NCBI GenBank assembly: GCA_965204375.1
Contig: OZ241986.1
Span: forward strand, 480,001-544,000
Direction of reading: 5' to 3'
Source of the DNA: Candidatus Latescibacterota bacterium
GTDB lineage: Bacteria; Latescibacterota; UBA2968
Length of the DNA: 64,000 nt
The position numbers and the translations under genes are program-made. The notes under the pieces are model-generated. The model ran no database searches. It was not told the origin of the DNA and saw only the letters and a program-made list of their open reading frames with translations. Below, piece after piece: positions 49,431 through 59,684 of the stretch (position 1 is its first letter; every line of letters starts with the position of its first letter).

Positions 49431-52330
49431 GGTTGTTCCTCTTCTAATTTCAATCCGAGTGTTTTTCCTTTTTGCACTGCTGGAATACCCGCGCTCATCC
49501 ATACAGGCGCGGGGGCGTCTTTGAGGTAGTGGTCGAAGAATTGTTGCAGGCGGATGCTCCAATCTTTGCGGTTGTGGTGTTTGCGAATGCCGTGTGCCTC
49601 TCCATTGTAATTGACCAGCCAGGTGGGTTTGCCCAGGCGACGCAGGGCAACGAAGAGTTCGATGCCCTGATACCAGGGTACTGCGCCGTCGTCGTCGTTG
49701 TGCAAGATGAGCAATGGCGTTTGAATTTTGTCTGCCCAGAAGATGGGTGAGTTTTCGATAAATCGTGTGGGGGCTTCCCAGAGCGAACCGCCGATGCGAC
49801 TCTGGCTTTTTTCGTATTGCATCATGCGGCTCAGTCCCGAAGCCCAGCGAATGCCGCCGTACGCACTGATCATATTTGAGACGGGTGCGCCAGCTTCGGC
49901 TGCCCGAAATATGCTGGTTCGGGTGATCATATAGGCGATTTGATAGCCGCCCCAACTGTGGCCCTGCACGCCAATTCGGTCGGGATTGACAAATCCCCGA
50001 TTTATGAGGTGTGTCACGCCAGAGACAACGGCGTTGACGGCACTTTCTCCGGGGAAACCGACTTTGTAGGGGATGTCCGGGATAAAGATCAGATACCCAC
50101 GGCTGACGTAAAATGGGAAATTTATGGAACCGCCAGAGGCTCTTGGTGCGCGGTGAGCGTGTAGTTGATGGGACATTTTTTCATAGAAATAGACCAGCAT
50201 GGGATATTTCTGAGCGGGGTCAAAATTTTCGGGTTTGTAGAGAATGCCCTGCAGGGGTTTGCCGTCGAGCGAGACCCATTCGACGAGTTCGGCAGTGCCC
50301 CATAGGTAGTCTTTTTGTTGCGGATTGACGTCACTTATTTTTCGCGCATTCTGAAAATCGAGATCAGAGGTCCAGAGGTCGGGATATTCTTCAAAAGAGG
50401 ATTGTCTGAAGAGGATTGTGTCGGCGTCTTTGGCCTTTTGGAGATTGGAAAACCGCTTGTCGCGTGCGATGAGTTCAGAGGGTTTATCGGTGCTTTCAAG
50501 GCGATCCCGATAGTAGCCCATGGCTTTGGTTTTGAGATTGAAACCCGATAAGAGCAAATCGGCTTTGGGATCGCGCGCCCGTTCTTCGGGGTCGAGGCTT
50601 ACGTATCTAAAGCGCGTTTCGGTCTCGCGCCCAATCCCTTCGGTGACGTTGACGGGTGCTTTGCGCCCATTGGGATCTGTGAGCCAGATGTCGTAGCGGT
50701 CGTAAACGAGAAATTCTTTGTCGCCTTTTGTCCATCCGGCATTGCCATGTGCGCTGGGTGGATACGGCCAGTCGTGCAATTCGTTGTGAACGGGATGGGG
50801 AATATTTCTGCTGACGTTGACGCGGATAAAATTTTTGACATGCTGAACGTGCCAGTTTTTCCGGGTGCGATCCCACCAGTATATGTAGTTGGATTCGGGT
50901 GAGAGGGTGGGGCGCGTCTGCATTTTGGTGAGTACGCGCGTTGCTTCACCGGTTTTTATGTCGATCAAATAGCTGTCGTAATAAGCTGGCGAATCCCACG
51001 AAATGAGTTGTCGATAGGGGAGAATCGAATAGCCTACCGCGACATCGGCATTGCCATCGCTTCCCAGACGAATATTGGGGATGGTTGCTGTGGCGAGTTG
51101 AACGATTTTGCCATTGTTGAGGTGAAAGACGGCGCGATATGTGCGTTCGCGTTCCTCTTTGGCATCTTTGAGTTGCATGGGTTGGAGGTAGGGATCTTTC
51201 CAGTTCCAGATATCGACTGCGACTTTTTCGTCGTCAGGTGTATCGTCCTCTGCTTCCACTTCTGGTCTGGGGGCGGTGCCAAAAAAGAGGCGCTTGCCGT
51301 CTTTGGAAAAGGAGAGGTTGGCGTGTTCGCTGACCCACCAATTGGAAGGTATGCCCTTTGTCCCAGATCGGGCGATTTTTTTTGCCTTATTGCGCGGGCC
51401 AACGGGCCAGTAGTAGAGGACGTATTCCTGTTGCTCTGCGTTAAAGCTGTCGCGGTTGGCAATAAATGCGAGATGGAGACTGGATTCGTCGGTGGTGATT
51501 TTTTTGTAATCACCCGCGCCCGTGAGAATGGCTGTGGTGTCGCCCGTGCTGGTGCGAATGGCGTAGATGCCATCGGCTGTGCTGTCTTTGTTGGCGGCGG
51601 CAAAAATGAGATACGAGCCGCTTTCTGTGAAGGCGTAGGAGATTACGTGGTTATATCGCGTTTCAGCACTGGTCTGGAGATTGCGGAGAACGAGTGTGGT
51701 GCCTTCGGCTTTTTTGCGTTTTTTCTTTTTGCTGTCTTTGGGTTCTTCTTTTTTGGTTTCTTCAGGTCCGGGTTTTTGTTCGGGCTGTTTTTCGGGTTTT
51801 GGCTCTTCTTTTTTTTCTTCAGGTTCGGATGGTTTTTTCTTTTTGTTCGCAGTACTGTCTTTTTTTGCGATTTCTTTTTCCAGCAAATAGGCGACCCATC
51901 CTCCATTTTCTTTGGGTAGTTTGAAGGATTTGACGCGCGCGGCCTTAAAGATGTCTCCCGTGGCGAGGGTAATGATGCCGATGGAGTCTTTGGGAGATTC
52001 TTCGGGCTTTTTCTTGTCGCGTTTTGCCTGTTTTACCGAGTCTTTGAAGGCTTTGATGAGGGTGACGATATAACGCGAGTCTTTTGTGAATCGAATGGTT
52101 TCTCCGCGCGGTATCGCGTAGGAGCGGTCATCTGCAAGGCTCACGACGCGGAGTTCGGTGTCTTTTTCGTCCGGGCCGACAGAGAGAAAAGCCCATTGTC
52201 CGTTGTCGGAAATATTGCTGGCACGCGTGCGATTCCATACTTCGTACGCGTCGTGATCCAGCGGCTTTTTCTCCTGGGCAAAGACGGACGAAAATAAACA
52301 CAAGAGGACAAACAGAAAATATAAACGCAT
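49427..52330 (-). CDS. Secreted S9 (prolyl oligopeptidase/acylaminoacyl) peptidase
   Basis: Signal peptide, beta-propeller, GHSWGGY, DGAVP, H catalytic motifs. Confidence 0.9.
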   Translation of the reverse strand: MRLYFLFVLLCLFSSVFAQEKKPLDHDAYEVWNRTRASNISDNGQWAFLSVGPDEKDTELRVVSLADDRSYAIPRGETIRFTKDSRYIVTLIKAFKDSVKQAKRDKKKPEESPKDSIGIITLATGDIFKAARVKSFKLPKENGGWVAYLLEKEIAKKDSTANKKKKPSEPEEKKEEPKPEKQPEQKPGPEETKKEEPKDSKKKKRKKAEGTTLVLRNLQTSAETRYNHVISYAFTESGSYLIFAAANKDSTADGIYAIRTSTGDTTAILTGAGDYKKITTDESSLHLAFIANRDSFNAEQQEYVLYYWPVGPRNKAKKIARSGTKGIPSNWWVSEHANLSFSKDGKRLFFGTAPRPEVEAEDDTPDDEKVAVDIWNWKDPYLQPMQLKDAKEERERTYRAVFHLNNGKIVQLATATIPNIRLGSDGNADVAVGYSILPYRQLISWDSPAYYDSYLIDIKTGEATRVLTKMQTRPTLSPESNYIYWWDRTRKNWHVQHVKNFIRVNVSRNIPHPVHNELHDWPYPPSAHGNAGWTKGDKEFLVYDRYDIWLTDPNGRKAPVNVTEGIGRETETRFRYVSLDPEERARDPKADLLLSGFNLKTKAMGYYRDRLESTDKPSELIARDKRFSNLQKAKDADTILFRQSSFEEYPDLWTSDLDFQNARKISDVNPQQKDYLWGTAELVEWVSLDGKPLQGILYKPENFDPAQKYPMLVYFYEKMSHQLHAHRAPRASGGSINFPFYVSRGYLIFIPDIPYKVGFPGESAVNAVVSGVTHLINRGFVNPDRIGVQGHSWGGYQIAYMITRTSIFRAAEAGAPVSNMISAYGGIRWASGLSRMMQYEKSQSRIGGSLWEAPTRFIENSPIFWADKIQTPLLILHNDDDGAVPWYQGIELFVALRRLGKPTWLVNYNGEAHGIRKHHNRKDWSIRLQQFFDHYLKDAPAPVWMSAGIPAVQKGKTLGLKLEEEQP

Positions 52331-52412
52331 AGCTGACCTCTCAGAATTAGGTTGGACTTTTGGACGGATCGTTTTGGTCAATATAAGTAGATATACAGCG
52401 GTGGGCAAAAGT

Positions 52413-52440
52413 AAAAGCCGACACATAAAAGTCGGCTTTT
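52413..52440 (-). terminator. Intrinsic terminator after the natAB-small gene operon
   Basis: AAAAGCCGAC-8 nt-GTCGGCTTTT. Confidence 0.65.
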
Positions 52441-52515
52441 GTATTCTGGCTCTTTTGGCAAATACTCAGAAATTTGATTCTACATGGTATTTAGCAGAGT
52501 ATTCTTTCAGGTTCT

Positions 52516-52770
52516 TTACGCAGTCTCATCCTTTGAAACCTCACCCTGATCATCCTCTGAAATATGGCGGATTTCTCCAGCGCGTTGCTGTACAACTTCT
52601 TGTGCTGCGCGTTTTTTGTCTTCGTTGAGCATGAGGTCTGTTGCGCCGAGCATTGTGGTAGCCGACCCACCTGCACCTTTGCGACTGCCTTTCACAAGCG
52701 CGTAAATTGCATAGCCGATGACGAGAATTAGAATAAGTGTAAAGATGGCAATACCCAGGAGATGTTCCAT
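52516..52770 (-). CDS. Small single-TM hypothetical protein
   Basis: 84 aa with N-terminal TM; start abuts the natB-like stop. Confidence 0.6.
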   Translation of the reverse strand: MEHLLGIAIFTLILILVIGYAIYALVKGSRKGAGGSATTMLGATDLMLNEDKKRAAQEVVQQRAGEIRHISEDDQGEVSKDETA

Positions 52771-53967
52771 TTAAGTCTCCCGAAAGATCGTGCTTTCGCG
52801 TTCAAACCATCTGGCGCAGCCATAGAGGCTGAGGGCTGCGAGGGCGATGAGCGATGCATAGACTTCGAATAATAAGGGCAGTTTGATGGTTCCTGCGAAA
52901 ATTTCTTTGGATGCAAGCGAGACATTTAAGACCGGTATGAGCGATGTGATAGCATTGAGCTCAATGCCGGGCAAGAGGCCGATAAATACGGGAATAATAA
53001 TGATGATGTTGAGGGGCGCCATAATGCTCTGCGCTTCTTTGAAAGATTTGGCAAATATGGAGACGGACATTAAGGCAGCGGCAAAAAAGATGGTTAAGGG
53101 CAGGCACAGAGAAAGGACCAGGAGGATGGATGATATTTCGAACATGCCCTGTAGCGCGTCGAGGATTCTTGCGACAATTTCTCGTTGTAACATAACAGCT
53201 ATAAAAAAACCGATAAAACTATTGGCGATTGAAGCAAACCCCGATAGGACAATCACGCCACATTTGCCCAGTAAGATCTGAATTTTGCTGACGGGGGCAA
53301 CGAGCAGTGTTTCGAGGGTGGCGCGTTCTTTTTCTCCCGCGCCCAGGTCGAGGGCTGGATACATACACCCCATAAAACACATTAAGACAAAAATATAAGG
53401 CAAAAAACCACCCACGCTTTTTCCGATTCTTTCCCGTTGAGAAGCAATGTCGTGGCGTCTGACCTGCACGGGATCCACAATCATGCGGTCGAGGGCAAGC
53501 CTCTGGAATCGGTCATTGACAATCTGGTTTTCGTAGTCTCGAATCAGACTTGTCAGGCGATTGCGCGATGCGTCCATATCTCTGGAAGATTTGAAATAGA
53601 GATGAATCTGACCGCGTTGCAAGTCGGCGATTTGGGCATCGAATTGCTCATCAACGCGAATGGCTGCATCTATGCTGTCGGAGCGGATGAGCTGAGGGAT
53701 TATGTCTTCTGCTATGTCTTCTCGAATTTTCAGGTCGTCGCGTTTGAGCAGGGTTTCGCGAAATGTCTCTGCATTGCTGTTTGCGATCAGGGCAACTTCA
53801 AGTGTTTTGGTCCTGACTTTTTGGGTCTGACGAGTCGTAAAGACAGCCGCAATTGTGAATAGCAGCGGGAATAACAGCATTGGAATGATAAACATCATCA
53901 TCATCGAACGCCGGTCGCGCGTGATATCCTTAAATTCTTTTTTGAAGATGGTGAGGATCGTTTTCAT
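52771..53967 (-). CDS. ABC-2 permease, NatB-like (Na+ efflux type)
   Basis: KKEFKDITRDRR, AGEKERATLETLL, AKSFKEAQ, IPVLN motifs. Confidence 0.85.
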   Translation of the reverse strand: MKTILTIFKKEFKDITRDRRSMMMMFIIPMLLFPLLFTIAAVFTTRQTQKVRTKTLEVALIANSNAETFRETLLKRDDLKIREDIAEDIIPQLIRSDSIDAAIRVDEQFDAQIADLQRGQIHLYFKSSRDMDASRNRLTSLIRDYENQIVNDRFQRLALDRMIVDPVQVRRHDIASQRERIGKSVGGFLPYIFVLMCFMGCMYPALDLGAGEKERATLETLLVAPVSKIQILLGKCGVIVLSGFASIANSFIGFFIAVMLQREIVARILDALQGMFEISSILLVLSLCLPLTIFFAAALMSVSIFAKSFKEAQSIMAPLNIIIIIPVFIGLLPGIELNAITSLIPVLNVSLASKEIFAGTIKLPLLFEVYASLIALAALSLYGCARWFERESTIFRET

Positions 53968-53987
53968 GGGGGCCTCTTTTGGCAAAT

Positions 53988-54755
53988 CTATGCCTGTTCA
54001 ACAATGCGAATAAATTCGTCTTCCAGCGTGGGGGTTTGCATCCGGTTTTGAAAGTCTTCCAATGTGCCGTTAAACTGCAATTGGCCTTTGTGAATGATGG
54101 CGAGGTCGTCGCTGAGCAGGCTGACTTCACCCATGCGGTGTGTGGAAAAAATGACGGTTTTTCCCGCGTCCCGGCAATCGCGAATGAGGTGTACGATATT
54201 GCGCGAGGTGACGACATCGAGGCCAGCGGTGGGTTCGTCGAATACAATGACATCGGGGTCGTGAATGATCGTGCGTACAATGGAGACTTTTTGTTTCATG
54301 CCCGTTGAGAGTTTGCCAATGCGGAGGTTTGCAAAGGCTTCCATGTCGAGGAGGGCAAAGAGGTGGTCGCGCCGCGCGTTGTAATCGGCACTGTTCATGC
54401 CGTGCAGGTCGGCAAAGTAGCGGACCATTTCATTGGGTGTCAGGCGATCGTATAAACCCGTGTTGCCGGTGAGAAAGCCGAGGTTTTCGCGCACAGCTTG
54501 ACTTTGCGTCGCGGTGTCGTATCCCGCGACAGATATGCTACCCGAAGTGGGTTTGAGCATGGTGGCAATCATGCGCAATGTGGTGGTTTTTCCCGCGCCA
54601 TTGGGACCCAATAGCGCGAAGACGCGACCTGGCTGGCAGGTAAAGCTGATGTTGCACACCGCGTCGATGGTGTTGCCCTGAAAACCATCTCCCATTTCGC
54701 GCTTTTGCTGCCGCGATAATTTAAAGGTTTTGACAATATTTTTTGCGATGACCAT
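53988..54755 (-). CDS. ABC ATP-binding protein, NatA-like
   Basis: GPNGAGKTT, LSTGMKQKV, FDEPT motifs. Confidence 0.88.
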   Translation of the reverse strand: MVIAKNIVKTFKLSRQQKREMGDGFQGNTIDAVCNISFTCQPGRVFALLGPNGAGKTTTLRMIATMLKPTSGSISVAGYDTATQSQAVRENLGFLTGNTGLYDRLTPNEMVRYFADLHGMNSADYNARRDHLFALLDMEAFANLRIGKLSTGMKQKVSIVRTIIHDPDVIVFDEPTAGLDVVTSRNIVHLIRDCRDAGKTVIFSTHRMGEVSLLSDDLAIIHKGQLQFNGTLEDFQNRMQTPTLEDEFIRIVEQA

Positions 54756-54955
54756 AATACACTCCGCGATTGCGGGTTGAACAAGTGAGATAGTGATAGA
54801 GTTACCCAATTTTGTTTTAAAATGCAAGGGAGTATTTTTAGAGGGGTAGAAATTTTATACATCGCTTGAGGTAGATGGGCTGAGGGAGTATTTGACTTTG
54901 CTGTTCAGACTTTGCACTTTGCACATGCTTTTTTACACGATTCAAAGGAGATGAC

Positions 54956-56197
54956 ATGGACAAACTCAAACTCGCCCTGATCGGTTGTGGTGGTATGGGA
55001 ACGCGCCATTTGTATGGGTTGCGCGAACTGGCGAAGACGCCGTTTAACAATATTGAATTGTGCGCCCTGTGCGATCTCAATCGGAACAATGCAGAATTGG
55101 CCGCGAGAGAGGCCGAGCAGTTGCTCGGTTCAAAACCTCCCGTATTTACATCTATAGAGGAGATGGCGCAAGCGATTCCCGATTTGATGGCTGTCGATGT
55201 GGTCACCGATCCTTCGGTACATCACACGGTGGTGTGTGAGGCTCTGGACCTGGGACTGCACGTGCTGGTTGAAAAACCTATGGCTATTTCTGTAAAAGCG
55301 TGCCATGCTATGAATGAGGCGGCTGAGCGCAACGGGCGAAAACTGTCGGTTGCTGAAAATTATCGGCGCGATCCTTCGGCGCGGTTAACGCGCCATTTGC
55401 TGGATACCGGACGGATCGGAACGCCTTATATGGCGACGCTTCACGCCATGCGCGGCGGCAATGAAATTTTTATCACGCCCTGGCGGCATTTGAAAGACCG
55501 CGGGGGACCGTTGATCGATATGGGGGTACACTATGCGGATCTGATTCGGTATCAACTCGGCGATATGGTCGAGGTATATGGCGATACGCGCCTGGTGGAG
55601 CCGGTGCGAAAAAAACAACAGTCCATTGGCGATCGGTACGAATTTTATCAGCAGCGTTTTCGCGCGATGCCCAGCGAAGTTCCCGCTACGGCAGAAGATA
55701 CGTCGATGGCGATGATGAAGATGGATAGCGGTGTGATGGTGAGTTTTATTGTGGGCATTGGGGGGCACGGTGCCTGCCGCAGTCAGTTGATTTTGGGCGA
55801 TAAAGGGTGTTTGCAGAGCTACGGGAGTCGCGGGAGTCAGGCGATATGGCAGTCGGGAGATGGGGAGGTGAGAGATCAGAATGCGATTTTAGATGCTGTT
55901 GACGATTTTGAATTGCATCCTCTCTTAGATCATTTTTTCCCTACCAAAAACAGCGTGGGCGATCAGGCAGTGGATTGGAAATTGATCGCTTATGAACAAT
56001 ACGAACTCGCCTGTGCTGTTCTGAATGATGACCCGATAGAGGTCGATGGTATTGAGGGGATGAAGGATGTGGCGGCAATTTATGCGATTTGCGAGTCTGC
56101 GTGCGCAGGTCGCACTGTGACGGCAGCAGAGATCGAAAGCGGCGAGTTGTACGAATATCAAGCAGAGATCGATGCGGCGTTGAATATCAATACTTAA
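54956..56197 (+). CDS. Gfo/Idh/MocA oxidoreductase
   Basis: IGCGGMG, VEKPMA, AENYR, DMGVH motifs. Confidence 0.88.
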   Translation: MDKLKLALIGCGGMGTRHLYGLRELAKTPFNNIELCALCDLNRNNAELAAREAEQLLGSKPPVFTSIEEMAQAIPDLMAVDVVTDPSVHHTVVCEALDLGLHVLVEKPMAISVKACHAMNEAAERNGRKLSVAENYRRDPSARLTRHLLDTGRIGTPYMATLHAMRGGNEIFITPWRHLKDRGGPLIDMGVHYADLIRYQLGDMVEVYGDTRLVEPVRKKQQSIGDRYEFYQQRFRAMPSEVPATAEDTSMAMMKMDSGVMVSFIVGIGGHGACRSQLILGDKGCLQSYGSRGSQAIWQSGDGEVRDQNAILDAVDDFELHPLLDHFFPTKNSVGDQAVDWKLIAYEQYELACAVLNDDPIEVDGIEGMKDVAAIYAICESACAGRTVTAAEIESGELYEYQAEIDAALNINT

Positions 56198-56213
56198 AAT
56201 GGAGGAGAGACAG

Positions 56214-56576
56214 ATGGTGATTCGCAATTGGCAAGATGCCACGCCCACAGTGGGCCATGAAACGGCGTTGATATGGTCGATTTTCAGGCAGAAGGGGTCT
56301 GCTGGTTTGAGCGAGGAAGAAGCACCGATGTTGGCGGCATCGGGATTTACCCTGCATATGATGCAGAGCCGCAAGGCGGGCGATTACCACATGCACGATG
56401 ACAAAGAACAGATTTATTATTTTACGCGCGGTCATGGCAAGATGAAGATCGATGACGAGATTTATCCCGTGGAGCCTGGCGATGCCGTGCATTTACCGCC
56501 GCATACCTATCACCAGTTGATCAATGACAGCGACGATTGGATTGAACACATCCTGGTGACTGTGCCGGTGGGTTAA
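56214..56576 (+). CDS. Cupin domain protein
   Basis: HMHDDKEQIYY...PGDAVHLPPHTYH; GGAGGA RBS. Confidence 0.85.
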   Translation: MVIRNWQDATPTVGHETALIWSIFRQKGSAGLSEEEAPMLAASGFTLHMMQSRKAGDYHMHDDKEQIYYFTRGHGKMKIDDEIYPVEPGDAVHLPPHTYHQLINDSDDWIEHILVTVPVG

Positions 56577-57595
56577 GGATATAGAACGTATTTTAACCCC
56601 TCTTGTCGCTCTGCACCATCAAATGCCTGTTCCCAATTTTCGAGTGGCAGTCTGTGGGATATGTATTCCGAGGGATCTATTGTTTTGGCGATGACCATTT
56701 CGAGGGCGCGTTGCCAACTGGGCCAGTTCTGGGCAATAGAACTGTTCACGGAAAGCTGTTTGTAGATGATTTTGCCCCAGTTCACTTCAACGGGATGTTC
56801 GATCAGAGCCACCTGTGTGAATGTGCCGAGGGGGCGCACGGCGTCCAGGCATTGATCGATGGAGGCAGCAGCACCGGCGCATTCGATGACAATGTCGGCA
56901 CCGTCATGGTTGAGCGAGCGGACAAATTCAGATACGTTTTCGCGCGTGACATCTACGGTGTGTTCTGCGCCTTTAGCCATAGCGAGGCGATGGGCGTCGC
57001 GGTCTGTTCCGCAGACAATAACGCGTCCGCCTGCGAGTCTGGCGAGGTCGGCACACATCAGGCCAATGGGACCGGGACCAGAGACGACTACCCAGTCGCC
57101 GGGTACGATTTTTGTGTGAAAAAGAACGGCTTTGATGCAGCAGGCGAGGGGTTCAACGAGCGCGGCAGTGTCATAGGAGACGGATTCGGGAAGCGGAAAG
57201 GCGAGGTTTTGGGGGATGACGCAGTATTCGGCAAAACCGCCATCGCGCATGCTGCCAACGGATTTGCGCTGGGGGCAAAAGAAAAATTCGCTTGCCCGGC
57301 AGTAGCGACAGTGTCCACATGCCCCATTCGCCGTGGGGAGGACCGTGACGCGGTCGCCTGTTTTGATGCGGGTGACATTGGCCCCGACTTTGACAACTTC
57401 GCCTGAAAGTTCATGGCAAAGTGTGACTGGTGGGCGAAAGCCATAACCGCCGTGGCGGATGTGGAGATCGGTGCCGCATAGTCCGCCGCGCTGAACGGCG
57501 ATTTTAATGTCGTCGGGGTGTTCGATATCCGGTTCTGGGATGTCGCATAAGGCGATGTGTCCAGGGCCGGGTTTTAGTTTGCGTACAGCGCGCAT
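56573..57595 (-). CDS. Zinc-binding alcohol dehydrogenase (threonine/sorbitol DH-like)
   Basis: CGTDLH, HE, CGHCRYC...C, GPGPIG motifs. Confidence 0.88.
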   Translation of the reverse strand: MRAVRKLKPGPGHIALCDIPEPDIEHPDDIKIAVQRGGLCGTDLHIRHGGYGFRPPVTLCHELSGEVVKVGANVTRIKTGDRVTVLPTANGACGHCRYCRASEFFFCPQRKSVGSMRDGGFAEYCVIPQNLAFPLPESVSYDTAALVEPLACCIKAVLFHTKIVPGDWVVVSGPGPIGLMCADLARLAGGRVIVCGTDRDAHRLAMAKGAEHTVDVTRENVSEFVRSLNHDGADIVIECAGAAASIDQCLDAVRPLGTFTQVALIEHPVEVNWGKIIYKQLSVNSSIAQNWPSWQRALEMVIAKTIDPSEYISHRLPLENWEQAFDGAERQEGLKYVLYP

Positions 57596-57644
57596 GGTAT
57601 TTGTGCAGTTCAAAGGATATGTATTTGGGGTCGTGTACTTTGCT

Positions 57645-57673
57645 ATTATGCACAATCTTCACATGGTAGGCAA
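57645..57673 (-). promoter_or_regulatory. Putative sigma70 promoter
   Basis: TTGCCT-17 nt-CATAAT. Confidence 0.5.
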
Positions 57674-57719
57674 TCACTGTTTTCGCAGAGGCATCGGACG
57701 CGGTACAAGGGCGACTTCT

Positions 57720-59645
57720 CTATACCCGGTCCATCCAGATCGGGGACGACCAGCCCATCTCGCCGTCGATCTGGATCACGCGGATGTAGTAATAGGCGTT
57801 TGCCTCAAGTGCAGTAGTGTCCTGCCACTGCAAGCGATAGACATCCTGTCTATCCCTGCGATGGGGCGTTCCGGTCTCAACGACCTGCCCGTTCTGTACG
57901 ACCTCAACGCGATCGATCGCGTCTGTACCCCGGACGTAGGCATAGATCTCCCTCGACACCTCCCCGTTCTCGACTTCCAGAATACTCCCCATAGGCTGAT
58001 CGTTGAGTGTGAAGTCCAGGATAATGCGAGCGCCCGTGGTACCGTAACAGCGACGGTTTTTGAGCGCATCAAACAGCGCCTCCCGCGTTAGTTCGGGCGC
58101 CCAGACTGCTGCAAGTCCCCCTGGAAAAGGCGTATGGATCTGTCGGTCGTGCTGATAGCTACGTCCCGGCATGCCCACGTGGTTGTCGCTGCTGGCGATC
58201 ATACCCAGCCGGTAGCCCCGTCTCAGCGCTTCCCACGCCCCTGCTCCCGGCGTCATCCCTTTGTCCCACCGGTCCATTGAGGGATTTTCAGATTGTCCCC
58301 AACACGAATAGATCTCCATCAAAGGTTCCAGGTCCGGATCGTGAAGCGACCAATCCGTCCACGTTTTGACGTGATGCGGGATCAGCATCACATCTTTCCG
58401 TCCCCGATAGTGCTCGTACAGAAAATCGGGCATATAGCTGAACGTCTCGGCATCTTGGGGCGGCTCAACCACATCGTCTCGAAAATACACATTCCGATGG
58501 CCCACCGGAGAGCCAGCTTCATAGGACCTGAACGTCACAAATTCTCCTGGTCGATAATGCTCAATGGCCTTCTGCTGGAGAAGCTCCCAGCCCACGCCCG
58601 TAATCGCGCCCTGATCGGTAATGGCCACGAAATCGAGCAGCGTCACTTCCCGGGCGTACTGATATACATCATCCGGCGTACCGCAGGAAATGCCCTTGGA
58701 CCAGCCCGTCTGTCGGGCATCCTTCTTTTGCGAGTGCATCACATGATATTCGCTCTGGGCGTGCAGGTCTCCCCAGAAAAGTTGCAAATTGTTCTCATCC
58801 GAGTGAATGCACGGATTTGAAGTCCCCCAGATCTGTTTCCCTCCCGGATCGGTCAGCGTCACGCCCTCAAAAATGGCTTCCGAATTTTTCAGTTCCACTT
58901 TAACTGGCTGCAATCCGGAAAATCGGACGTTGCTCACCCGACGCCAGCGCTCGTCGCGCAGGACCAGAGATCTGGGAGGATCGTCATTCGGACGGCAGTG
59001 ACAGGCATCTGTCAGGGCAATCCGCACGGGAGGTACAGGCCCTTTAATCACAGATGGGACTACTACGTTGGCCCGCGCTGGAAAGCCCGACACCACGTCC
59101 AGTTCGATCGGTGCTCCTCCGGGGCGCACCCAATTTCCACCGCCCGGGTCCACATATACCGAAATCGTCAGTTCGTCTTCTGGAAAGGTCTGAACCCGTA
59201 CACCGCGTCTCACAAATCGAGGGTCCCCGTAAGTCAACACAATCTGGTCTCCCCCGACCAGCGGTCCATCCTCTACCGTCGCCGTGATCCACCATCGCCA
59301 ATACGTCTCCGCCGGGTCTTCATCGGGGATTAGCATGCGCTCCATCGTCTCCAGATGCAGCACAGCGTCCCCCTGGGTGACCACCTCTGCCGTCGTGTTG
59401 ACCGGATGAAAGGGGGCGTACTTCCGATCTTTTCCCCGCACCAATTCGTCCCAGTACCGAAGCTGGGGCACCACAACAGGCTCCCATCCGGTATTGGGCA
59501 CCCCAACACGCAGCCGCGCACCTTCAGCCAGGCCGTTCTTGCCTGTTGTAAACGTCAACTTCAACGTCACATATGAGCCGGTCACAAAGGGCCCCGCTGG
59601 TGAAAGCGTCACCTGACCTGTCGTGTCGTCCTGAGAAAAAATCAT
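57720..59645 (-). CDS. DUF3604 / CehA-McbA-like PHP metallohydrolase
   Basis: WGDLHAQS, GHRNV, PHH, EIYS, SSDNH, YGTTG, WSSPIW motifs. Confidence 0.75.
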   Translation of the reverse strand: MIFSQDDTTGQVTLSPAGPFVTGSYVTLKLTFTTGKNGLAEGARLRVGVPNTGWEPVVVPQLRYWDELVRGKDRKYAPFHPVNTTAEVVTQGDAVLHLETMERMLIPDEDPAETYWRWWITATVEDGPLVGGDQIVLTYGDPRFVRRGVRVQTFPEDELTISVYVDPGGGNWVRPGGAPIELDVVSGFPARANVVVPSVIKGPVPPVRIALTDACHCRPNDDPPRSLVLRDERWRRVSNVRFSGLQPVKVELKNSEAIFEGVTLTDPGGKQIWGTSNPCIHSDENNLQLFWGDLHAQSEYHVMHSQKKDARQTGWSKGISCGTPDDVYQYAREVTLLDFVAITDQGAITGVGWELLQQKAIEHYRPGEFVTFRSYEAGSPVGHRNVYFRDDVVEPPQDAETFSYMPDFLYEHYRGRKDVMLIPHHVKTWTDWSLHDPDLEPLMEIYSCWGQSENPSMDRWDKGMTPGAGAWEALRRGYRLGMIASSDNHVGMPGRSYQHDRQIHTPFPGGLAAVWAPELTREALFDALKNRRCYGTTGARIILDFTLNDQPMGSILEVENGEVSREIYAYVRGTDAIDRVEVVQNGQVVETGTPHRRDRQDVYRLQWQDTTALEANAYYYIRVIQIDGEMGWSSPIWMDRV

Positions 59646-59684
59646 ACCGCTACCTCATTCAAGTCCTGCTATCGATCGCTCATT

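Noticed and set aside
48585-49955. 456-aa version of the SDR with a long N-terminal extension
   Set aside because: The extension overlaps the S9 peptidase catalytic domain in another frame; GTG at 49430 fits translational coupling.
51700-51880. Lys/Glu/Pro-rich low-complexity tract resembling a TonB linker
   Set aside because: In frame within the S9 peptidase propeller region; best explained as a disordered loop.
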